Below the pieces are notes generated by a model. The model ran no database searches and was not told the DNA's origin. It saw only the letters and a list, made by a program, of their open reading frames with translations. Positions 57,013 through 64,000 of a stretch of 64,000 nucleotides of DNA are shown here, in pieces; positions within the stretch are counted from its first letter, which is position 1, and the number at the start of each line of letters is the position of its first letter. This stretch comes from Thiosocius teredinicola. Its GTDB lineage: Bacteria; Pseudomonadota; Gammaproteobacteria; Chromatiales; Chromatiaceae. Where the stretch lies: the NCBI RefSeq assembly GCF_002009425.1, contig NZ_CP019936.1, positions 1,721,297-1,785,296 of the forward strand. The letters run 5' to 3'. The translations under genes and the position numbers were made by a program.

Positions 57013-58737
57013 ATGACGACGAAAATACTGCCGCACGGCAGTGAGGACCTGGTTAACCTGCTGGCGGATCCTGAAGCTGCCGAGGTGCTCAAGAACGAGT
57101 CCGGCGTGTATCCGTCGGTCACCCTGAGTCAGCGCCAGATGTGCGATCTGGAACTGCTGATGAACGGCGCGTTCACGCCGCTGACCGGCTTCATGGACCA
57201 GGCCGCCTACAATGCCGTGGTCGACAACTTGAGCCTGCCCGACGGCACCCTGTGGCCGATCCCGATCGTGTTCGATGTGCCCGAGCAGATAGCCGAAAAG
57301 CTCAAGCCGGGCGACAAGGTTGCGCTGCGTGACAACGAAGGCTTCATGCCGGCCGTGTTGACGGTGTCCGACGTCTGGCAGCCGGACAAACAGCACGAGG
57401 CGCAGCAGGTCTACGGTACCAGCGACATCGAGCATCCGGGTGTGCGCTACCTGATGAACTCGGTCAATTCGCATTACATCGGCGGTTCGATCGAAGGTGT
57501 GCAGGCGCCGGTTCACCACGATTTCGAGAATCTGTGGGACACCCCGGAAGAGATGCGTGCGATGTTCGCCAAGCTCGGCTGGCGGCGCGTGGTGGGTTTT
57601 CAGACCAGCAAGCCGATGCATCGCCTGCAGCGCGAGATCACGCTAAGGGTCGCCAAGGAGTTGCAGGCGCATGTGTTGTTGCACCCAACCGTCGGTGTGA
57701 CCAAGCCGGGCGATCTGCAGTACTACGCCCGTGTGCACTGCTACCAGGCCATTCGCAAATATTTTCCGCACAACCTGGCGATGCTTTCGCTGCTGCCGCT
57801 GGCGATGCGCATGGCCGGCCCGCGCGAAGCGCTGTGGCATGCGATCGTGCATCAGAATTATGGTTGCTCGCACATGATCGTCGGCCCCAAGCATGCCGGC
57901 CCGCCACCGGTCGATGGCAACGACGCGCCGTTCTACGACACCGAAAGCTCGAAGGCGTTGATCGAAGAGCATGCCGGTCGCCTGGGCATCGAGATCGTGC
58001 ATGTCGAGCCGCATCAGTATGTGCCGGAGAAGCAACGCTTCATGGGCGTTTCCGAGATTGCGGCCAAGGGTCTGGAGGGTATCGAGTACACCGATGCCCA
58101 GCTCAAGCAGGATCTGGCAATGGGTGAGCAGCCGCCGGAATGGTTCAGCTATCCCGAGGTCGTCGCCGAGTTGCGCAACGTCTACCCACCGCGCAGCCGT
58201 CAGGGTTTCACGCTGTTCTTCACCGGCCTGTCGGGTTCGGGCAAATCGACGCTGGCCAAGATCATCTACGGCAAGCTGGTCGAAGGCGGGCGCCGCCCGG
58301 CGACGCTGCTCGATGGCGACATTGTGCGTCAGAACCTGTCGAGTGAGCTGGGTTTCTCCAAGCATCACCGCGACCTGAACATCCGGCGTATCGGCTACGT
58401 CGCCAGTGAGATCACCAAGAACGGCGGGATTGCGATCTGCGCGCCGATCGCGCCGTACACCGAAACGCGGCGTGCGGTGCGCGAGATGATCGAAGACCGC
58501 GGCGCCTTTATCGAGGTGCACGTGGCAACGCCGTTGGAAGTCTGTGAGGCGCGCGACCGCAAGGGGCTGTACGCCAAGGCGCGCAAGGGCATCATTCCGG
58601 AATTCACCGGGATCAGCGATCCCTACGAACTGCCCGAACGGGCCGAGATCAAGATCGATACGGCGAATGTTTCGCCGATGGAGGCGGCGCAGGAGATCTA
58701 CCTGTACCTGGTCAAGGAAGGCTACATCGATTCCTGA
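57013..58737 (+). CDS. sat: bifunctional sulfate adenylyltransferase (ATP sulfurylase, Sat-type) / adenylylsulfate kinase (CysC) fusion
   Basis: N-terminal ATP-sulfurylase motifs QTSKPMHR and HxxH-like GPKHAG. C-terminal APS kinase P-loop GLSGSGKST. Confidence 0.9.
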   Translation: MTTKILPHGSEDLVNLLADPEAAEVLKNESGVYPSVTLSQRQMCDLELLMNGAFTPLTGFMDQAAYNAVVDNLSLPDGTLWPIPIVFDVPEQIAEKLKPGDKVALRDNEGFMPAVLTVSDVWQPDKQHEAQQVYGTSDIEHPGVRYLMNSVNSHYIGGSIEGVQAPVHHDFENLWDTPEEMRAMFAKLGWRRVVGFQTSKPMHRLQREITLRVAKELQAHVLLHPTVGVTKPGDLQYYARVHCYQAIRKYFPHNLAMLSLLPLAMRMAGPREALWHAIVHQNYGCSHMIVGPKHAGPPPVDGNDAPFYDTESSKALIEEHAGRLGIEIVHVEPHQYVPEKQRFMGVSEIAAKGLEGIEYTDAQLKQDLAMGEQPPEWFSYPEVVAELRNVYPPRSRQGFTLFFTGLSGSGKSTLAKIIYGKLVEGGRRPATLLDGDIVRQNLSSELGFSKHHRDLNIRRIGYVASEITKNGGIAICAPIAPYTETRRAVREMIEDRGAFIEVHVATPLEVCEARDRKGLYAKARKGIIPEFTGISDPYELPERAEIKIDTANVSPMEAAQEIYLYLVKEGYIDS

Positions 58738-58755
58738 TCGAGGCTGTCGATCAAT

Positions 58756-58784
58756 GAAAAAAGCCCGCGTGAGCGGGCTTTTTG
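58756..58784. terminator. bidirectional rho-independent terminator (aaaaaagcccgc-gtga-gcgggcttttt)
   Basis: Perfect 8-bp stem flanked by an A-run and a T-run, between convergent genes. Confidence 0.8.
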
Positions 58785-58794
58785 CTGTTTGCTG

Positions 58795-59139
58795 TCAGTG
58801 AGCTTTTTTGATCTCGTCGAACGGATCGTTTTCCGCATCGGACGGTTCGACATGGTGGTCGCGCGGGCTCCACATGCCGTGGCAGCGGTCGGCCTCAACC
58901 CCTTGCAGGGTCAGCATGGTCCAGACAGCGGCGATGCCCCACATGGCAAAACCCAGTGCGACGGTGTACCAGCTGATGCCGGCTTCGCCCGTCGGGCCGC
59001 CGAGAAAGCCGTAGACGACGCTGACGACGCCGAATAGCCAGAATACAGTGACCGGCGCGGCGCAATTTGTTCCGCAACCGTAACGGCATGCACCAACCGG
59101 CGGTACAACTGCCGACGTCATGTATCGCTTCATCCCCAT
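58795..59139 (-). CDS. small membrane protein (hypothetical)
   Basis: Hydrophobic helices VTVFWLFGVVSVVYGFLGG and VALGFAMWGIAAVWTML. No family assigned. Confidence 0.45.
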   Translation of the reverse strand: MGMKRYMTSAVVPPVGACRYGCGTNCAAPVTVFWLFGVVSVVYGFLGGPTGEAGISWYTVALGFAMWGIAAVWTMLTLQGVEADRCHGMWSPRDHHVEPSDAENDPFDEIKKAH

Positions 59140-59266
59140 TCGCCATCCGCTCCCGAGAAGCTTCTCAATAATGACGATTGATTAGTAACACGGGCGTTAC
59201 ACCTGGGCAACACCTAATTCACACAGTGTCACTCGGATATTTGTCGTTTCACGAACGGTTTTGGCG

Positions 59267-60064
59267 TCAGGCGGGCATCGATTCGGGCACATGTGGCCGG
59301 ATCGTGGAGATCATTTCGCGGTGCAGCTTGATGCTGCCGGTGACCACGTTGCCGGTCTCAAGGTGGCGGCTGCCGCCGCGGATGTCGGTCACCACGCCGC
59401 CGGCTTCCTGAACCAGCAACGCACCGGCTGCGAAATCCCAGACCGACAGGCCGAGCTCCCAGAAGCCGTCGAGCCGGCCGCAGGCGACATAGGCGAAATC
59501 GAGCGCGGCCGAGCCCGGGCGGCGGATGCCGGCAGCCGGCTTGGCCAGGTCTTTCATCATGCCCAGGTATTCATCCATATAACGCTGGTCACGGAACGGG
59601 ATGCCGGTGCCGAGCAGGGCGCCGTGCAGACCTTTGACATCGTTGACACGGATGCGGCGATCGTTGAGCAAGGCACCTGCGCCGCGATCGGCCGTGAACA
59701 TCTCGTCGCGCAGCGGATCGTAGACCACGCCGCTCTCGAGGCGGCCGCGGTGCAGCAGTGCAATCGACACGGCGAACTGCGGAAAGCCGTGCAGGTAATT
59801 GGTAGTGCCGTCGAGCGGATCGATGATCCACTGGAAATCGTCCTTACCCTGGGCGCCGCTCTCTTCGGCGAGGATCGCGTGGCCTGGGTAGGCCTTGCGG
59901 ATCGTGTCGATGATCGCCTGCTCGGCGTTGCGATCGACTTCGCTCACGTAGTCGTTCGACTGCTTTTCGATCACGGTCAGACTGTCGAGCCGACTGAACG
60001 AACGCATGATGACGCTGCCGGCCTGGCGCGCGGCGCGTACTGCAATATTGGTCGTGGGATTCAT
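59267..60064 (-). CDS. suhB: inositol monophosphatase family protein SuhB
   Basis: Motifs EESG, WIIDPLDGT and DFAAG. Start at the internal MNPTTNIAVRAA. The upstream part of ORF 59267..60553 is an artefact. Confidence 0.88.
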   Translation of the reverse strand: MNPTTNIAVRAARQAGSVIMRSFSRLDSLTVIEKQSNDYVSEVDRNAEQAIIDTIRKAYPGHAILAEESGAQGKDDFQWIIDPLDGTTNYLHGFPQFAVSIALLHRGRLESGVVYDPLRDEMFTADRGAGALLNDRRIRVNDVKGLHGALLGTGIPFRDQRYMDEYLGMMKDLAKPAAGIRRPGSAALDFAYVACGRLDGFWELGLSVWDFAAGALLVQEAGGVVTDIRGGSRHLETGNVVTGSIKLHREMISTIRPHVPESMPA

Positions 60065-60143
60065 GGCGCGCGAGCATACGGGAAATCCAGTGGCGCGGAA
60101 AGGCGAAGCGCCGCTGTCTGTGCATTTGATAAGCTCTCGCGCC

Positions 60144-60878
60144 ATGACGAATAACGTACGCATTGTCATGGTGCAGACATCGCATCCCGGCAACATCGGC
60201 GCTGCTGCACGCGCGATGAAAAACATGTGCCTGTCGGAGTTGGTGCTGGTCGATCCGAAGCGCTTTCCCTGCGACGAGGCCACGGTGCGCGCCTCGGGGG
60301 CGGACGATCTCCTGGCGAGCGCGCGTGTGGTCGGTTCACTCGCCGATGCAATAGCCGATTGCCGCATCGTGATCGGTGCCAGCGCACGCCTGCGTTCCGT
60401 CTCCTGGCCGTTGGTCACGCCTCGCGAGGCGGCGGCGTTGGCCCTGGCTGAAGCGCCGACTGCGCCGGTGTCGATCGTGTTCGGTCGCGAGAGTTCGGGG
60501 TTGAGCAACGACGAGCTCGATCTGTGCACGCATTTGGTCCACATTCCGACCAACCCTGAATACAGTTCGCTGAACGTGGCGATGGCCGTGCAGGTGCTGG
60601 CTTATGAACTGATGGTGGCCGATATCGACGCGACCACGCCGACCGAGTCGATGGAAGACGTAGCGAGCAACGCCGAGATGGAGGGTTTCTTCGGCCACCT
60701 CGAGCAGGCCCTGGATGAAATCGGTTTCACCGACGAGCGGCGCTCGGCCAAATTGATGCGCCGTTTACGTCGACTGTTCCATCGCGCCACGCCGGCCAGC
60801 GACGAGATCAATATCCTGCGCGGCATATTGAGCGCGGCGCAGGGGCGCAAGTCGATGCGTCGCGACGCCGGCGACTGA
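60144..60878 (+). CDS. trmJ: tRNA (cytidine/uridine-2'-O-)-methyltransferase TrmJ (SPOUT family)
   Basis: IVMVQTSHPGNIGAAARAMKNMCLSELVLV N-terminus typical of TrmJ. Divergent from suhB. Confidence 0.88.
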   Translation: MTNNVRIVMVQTSHPGNIGAAARAMKNMCLSELVLVDPKRFPCDEATVRASGADDLLASARVVGSLADAIADCRIVIGASARLRSVSWPLVTPREAAALALAEAPTAPVSIVFGRESSGLSNDELDLCTHLVHIPTNPEYSSLNVAMAVQVLAYELMVADIDATTPTESMEDVASNAEMEGFFGHLEQALDEIGFTDERRSAKLMRRLRRLFHRATPASDEINILRGILSAAQGRKSMRRDAGD

Positions 60879-61002
60879 CTGAAAAAAACTTCGCCGCGCA
60901 ACGGTCATAGGGTGGCCGGAGCAAGTTGGCCCCCGCTGGTTTGCTGCGGGAGCTTTCCTGTAAAGTGTTGTGTTTTCATCCGTAGATCCAAGTCGGAGAT
61001 CC

Positions 61003-61806
61003 ATGTTCGACAACCTTCGCGAAGATGTGCGTATCGTCTTCGATCGCGACCCGGCGGCCCGCAGTACGCTGGAGATCCTGACCGCCTATCCCGGGCTGCA
61101 CGCGCTGCTGTTTCATCGACTGTCGCACTGGTTGTGGGGTGTGGGTCTGCACTGGCTGGCGCGGATGGTGTCGCATATCGCCCGCTGGCTGACCGGCATC
61201 GAAATTCATCCCGGTGCGGTGATCGGCCGCCGCTTCTTTATCGATCACGGCATGGGGGTGGTTATCGGCGAGACCGCGGTGATCGGCGATGACTGCACCC
61301 TGTATCACGGCGTGACCCTCGGCGGCACCAGCTGGCAGAAAGGCAAGCGCCATCCAACCCTGGCCAACGACGTGGTGGTCGGGGCAGGGGCCAAGGTGCT
61401 CGGTCCGATCGAGATCGGCTCGGGCGCGCGTATCGGCTCGAATGCCGTCGTCGTGCGTGATGTGCCGGCCAACAGCACGGTGGTCGGCGTACCCGGCCGA
61501 CTGATCGAGCGCAAAGACAAAAACGTCGACACCGAACATCGCGAGAAGATGGCGACGAAGATGGGGTTCGATGCCTACGGCGCGACCGCCGATGCGCCCG
61601 ACCCGGTCGCCCACGCGATCAACTGCATGCTCGATCATGTGCATGTCATGGAAACCAAGATGCAGCGCATGTGCGAGGCGATGCGTGAGATGGGCTTCGA
61701 GCCTGGTGAGGAAGACCTGCCGGGCCTGGAGAGTTGCGAGATCATCTCGACGGCCGACGAGCTACGCAAAATGCAGTTGGAAGAGGGTGACAAGGACGGC
61801 AAATAA
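61003..61806 (+). CDS. cysE: serine O-acetyltransferase CysE (with C-terminal extension)
   Basis: SATase N-terminal domain and hexapeptide repeats [38 protein letters not shown]. Confidence 0.9.
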   Translation: MFDNLREDVRIVFDRDPAARSTLEILTAYPGLHALLFHRLSHWLWGVGLHWLARMVSHIARWLTGIEIHPGAVIGRRFFIDHGMGVVIGETAVIGDDCTLYHGVTLGGTSWQKGKRHPTLANDVVVGAGAKVLGPIEIGSGARIGSNAVVVRDVPANSTVVGVPGRLIERKDKNVDTEHREKMATKMGFDAYGATADAPDPVAHAINCMLDHVHVMETKMQRMCEAMREMGFEPGEEDLPGLESCEIISTADELRKMQLEEGDKDGK

Positions 61807-61827
61807 CCGCGAGAAATGCGCGCGAGT

Positions 61828-61853
61828 AATAGTTGACTAATTTACTCGGTAAT
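61828..61853 (+). promoter_or_regulatory. type-1 IscR binding site (ATAGTTGACTAATTTACTCGGTAATG) in the iscR promoter
   Basis: Near-identical to the E. coli iscR promoter IscR box ATAGTTGACCAATTTACTCGGGAATG. Lies ~40 nt upstream of the iscR start. Confidence 0.7.
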
Positions 61854-61892
61854 GTATAGTCCGCTGCATTCTCAGCGGCGGAGTATATACTG

Positions 61893-62384
61893 GTGAGGCT
61901 CACAACCAAAGGCCGTTACGCGGTCACCGCGATGCTGGATCTGGCTCTTCACCATGGGCAGGGTCCGATTACACTGGCCGACATCGCACAGCGTCAGGGC
62001 ATCTCGCTTTCTTACCTGGAACAGCTGTTTTCGCGACTGCGCAAGCGCAACCTCGTTTCGAGCGTGCGCGGACCGGGTGGCGGGTACACGCTGGGCCGTG
62101 AGGCATCCAATATCTACGTCGCACAGGTGATCTCGGCAGTCGACGAAAACGTCGATACGACGAAGTGTGGGGGTGCCCACAATTGCCAGGACAACCATCA
62201 GTGCCTGACGCACGACCTGTGGCAAGACCTGAGCAATCGCATCTTCGACTACCTCAACCGGATCAGTCTGCAGGATCTGATGAACCGGCAGGGCGTTCAG
62301 GAGGTGGCCGAGCGCCAGGAGCAGGGTGACGAGGTGGCTTCGGTCGGGTTGGCTGATCTGCAGCCCGAATCCGCAGGCGCCTGA
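61893..62384 (+). CDS. iscR: Fe-S cluster assembly transcriptional regulator IscR (Rrf2 family)
   Basis: [18 protein letters not shown]. Cluster-ligand cysteines [16 protein letters not shown] start. Confidence 0.9.
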   Translation: MRLTTKGRYAVTAMLDLALHHGQGPITLADIAQRQGISLSYLEQLFSRLRKRNLVSSVRGPGGGYTLGREASNIYVAQVISAVDENVDTTKCGGAHNCQDNHQCLTHDLWQDLSNRIFDYLNRISLQDLMNRQGVQEVAERQEQGDEVASVGLADLQPESAGA

Positions 62385-62429
62385 TTCCATAACAACAAAG
62401 ATGAGAAGCAAGCAGGCTCGGAGCGCTTC

Positions 62430-63644
62430 ATGAAATTCCCGATCTACCTCGATTATTCCGCAACGACGCCGGTCGATCCGCGCGTGGCAGAGAAGATGTG
62501 CGCCTGTCTGACACCGGACGGTGCCTTTGGTAACCCGGCATCGCGTTCGCACGCCTTCGGCTGGCAGGCGGAGAAACTGGCCGACGAGGCGCGCGCCAAT
62601 GTCGCCGCGCTGGTCGGCGCCGATCCGAAAGAGATTATCTGGACCTCGGGCGCGACCGAGTCCGACAACCTGGCGATCAAAGGGGCGGCCCATTTCTATC
62701 AGAAGCAGGGCAAGCACATCATCACGGTCAAGACCGAGCACAAGGCCGTACTCGATACCTGCCGTCAGCTCGAGCGAGAAGGCTTTGAAGTCACCTATCT
62801 CGATGTTTTGCCGAGTGGGCTGGTCGACCTCAAGGCGTTCGAAGCGGCGATAAGGCCCGACACCATCGTTGCCTCGGTAATGCACGTGAACAACGAAATC
62901 GGCGTGATCCAGGACATCGCCGCGCTCGGCGCAATCTGCCGCGAGCGCAAGGTGATCTTCCATGTCGACGGCGCACAGAGTGCCGGCAAGGTACCGATCA
63001 ACCTGGCGGAGCTGCCGGTCGATCTGATGAGCTTCAGCGCGCACAAGATCTATGGTCCGAAGGGCATCGGCGCGCTGTACGTGCAGCGCAAGCCGCGCAT
63101 CCGCCTCGAAGCGCAGATGCACGGCGGCGGGCACGAACGCGGGCTGCGCTCGGGTACGCTTGCGACGCACCAGATCGTTGGGATGGGCGAGGCGTTTCGC
63201 ATCGCCAAAGAAGAGATGGCGACCGAGAACGAGCGTATCCGCGCATTGCGTGATCGTCTCTACGCCGGCCTGAAGGATATGGAAGAGGTCTACGTCAATG
63301 GCGACATGGACCAGCGCATCGCCGGTAACCTGAACATCAGTTTCAATTTCGTCGAGGGCGAGAGCCTGATGATGGCGCTGAAAGACATGGCGGTTTCATC
63401 GGGTTCGGCATGTACCTCGGCGAGCCTCGAGCCCAGTTATGTGCTGCGCGCGCTGGGGCGGGAAGACGAACTGGCACACAGCTCGTTGCGATTCACGCTC
63501 GGCCGTTTTACGACCGAGGAAGAGATCGACCATGTACTTTCCCAGGTGCGCGGACAGGTGGAGCGGCTACGCGAGTTGAGCCCCCTGTGGGATATGTACA
63601 AAGAGGGCATCGATCTTAAAAATGTCGAATGGGTAGCGCATTGA
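62430..63644 (+). CDS. iscS: cysteine desulfurase IscS
   Basis: PLP site [12 protein letters not shown]. Active-site loop SSGSACTS. C-terminal EWVAH. Confidence 0.92.
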   Translation: MKFPIYLDYSATTPVDPRVAEKMCACLTPDGAFGNPASRSHAFGWQAEKLADEARANVAALVGADPKEIIWTSGATESDNLAIKGAAHFYQKQGKHIITVKTEHKAVLDTCRQLEREGFEVTYLDVLPSGLVDLKAFEAAIRPDTIVASVMHVNNEIGVIQDIAALGAICRERKVIFHVDGAQSAGKVPINLAELPVDLMSFSAHKIYGPKGIGALYVQRKPRIRLEAQMHGGGHERGLRSGTLATHQIVGMGEAFRIAKEEMATENERIRALRDRLYAGLKDMEEVYVNGDMDQRIAGNLNISFNFVEGESLMMALKDMAVSSGSACTSASLEPSYVLRALGREDELAHSSLRFTLGRFTTEEEIDHVLSQVRGQVERLRELSPLWDMYKEGIDLKNVEWVAH

Positions 63645-63881
63645 GCCTACCTATTAAAAGTGCTCTCATCTGCGCCAGCGCAAAAAATAGTTGCACCATC
63701 CTGTCACATTTAACTTCAGGCTTTGTGTAATTCGCGGGTTAGGTGTAGCCTCGCGATGCGGATAGGAGAATATCCGTCTCGAAAGAGTATTGCGCGGGTT
63801 TATCCGCAGTCCGCTGGTGATATGTGGTTCGGTTACCGGTGGATTTTGTGCTACGGACCACACGCTTGAGAGCATTCTGTG

Positions 63882-64000
63882 ATGAATATATATGTAGGTA
63901 ATCTGGCTTACGCAGTCACCGACGACGATCTGCGTGACGCTTTTTCAGCGTTCGGTGAGGTATCACGTGCGAACGTGATCATGGATCGCGACACGGGTCG
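63882..64000 (+). CDS. RRM-type RNA-binding protein (partial, continues beyond window)
   Basis: MNIYVGNLAYAVTDDDLRDAFSAFGEV, with the RNP-2 motif IYVGNL. Preceded by a ~240-nt AT-richer leader with hairpins. Confidence 0.7.
   Translation, partial: MNIYVGNLAYAVTDDDLRDAFSAFGEVSRANVIMDRDTG

Noticed and set aside
1-64000. CRISPR arrays, rRNA genes, IS transposase genes
   Set aside because: No regularly spaced direct repeats, no rRNA-like conserved stretches, and no transposase-like ORFs were seen. The only mobile-element signal is the non-autonomous MITE-like insert in the tRNA.

Overview
This is a GC-rich proteobacterial chromosome segment, most likely from a Chromatiales-type purple sulfur bacterium or similar gammaproteobacterium. 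Genes are densely packed, and many 4-nt start/stop overlaps mark operons. 

Part 1, what is here. (1) A complete C-P lyase phosphonate utilisation locus. It comprises a PhnO-like GNAT, an orphan PhnZ-like HD oxygenase, phnGHIJKLMNP on the minus strand, a divergent phnF regulator with a tandem inverted HutC-type operator, and a convergent phnC-phnD-phnE operon carrying a second phnM paralog and a third copy of the operator. (2) An EEP hydrolase, a transglutaminase-like protein and a class-II GATase next to that operator. (3) ahcY, pcm and nrdJ. (4) A membrane Cache-GAF-cyclase-homology protein translationally coupled to an Mla/MCE-like system whose ATPase subunit is fully degenerate, plus a TPR lipoprotein. 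(5) An accessory islet rich in tRNAs. It holds an XRE regulator, a tRNA-Asp-like gene split by a 158-bp MITE-like element with 12-bp terminal inverted repeats, and a tRNA with a GCG anticodon and a type-II-like D-arm. It also holds small ORFs including a frameshifted SEC-C-motif gene, tRNA-Val, tRNA-like minihelix repeats, an SPFH protein with a stand-alone RtcB RNA ligase, and a low-GC Tlde1-like L,D-transpeptidase toxin with a periplasmic immunity pair. (6) A LysR regulator, a DUF2892 protein and a di-haem cytochrome c peroxidase. (7) A large uptake [NiFe]-hydrogenase cluster. hupS, hupL and hupC (with a mini HupE-like ORF) lie on one strand. Divergent from them are hupDFGHIJK, hypAB, the HupR/HupT/HupUV H2-sensing regulatory module and hypC-SIS-hypDE. 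(8) DUF302, a fused ATP sulfurylase/APS kinase, suhB, trmJ, cysE, iscR (with an IscR box), iscS and a partial RRM protein. 

Part 2, what deserves a second look. The most unusual signals are the MITE-disrupted tRNA next to RtcB, the doubly degenerate cyclase/Mla-like operon, and the orphan toxin/immunity pair. 

Caveat: many long ORFs in the supplied track are antisense artefacts of the high GC content, and coordinates I indexed by hand may be off by 1-2 nt.
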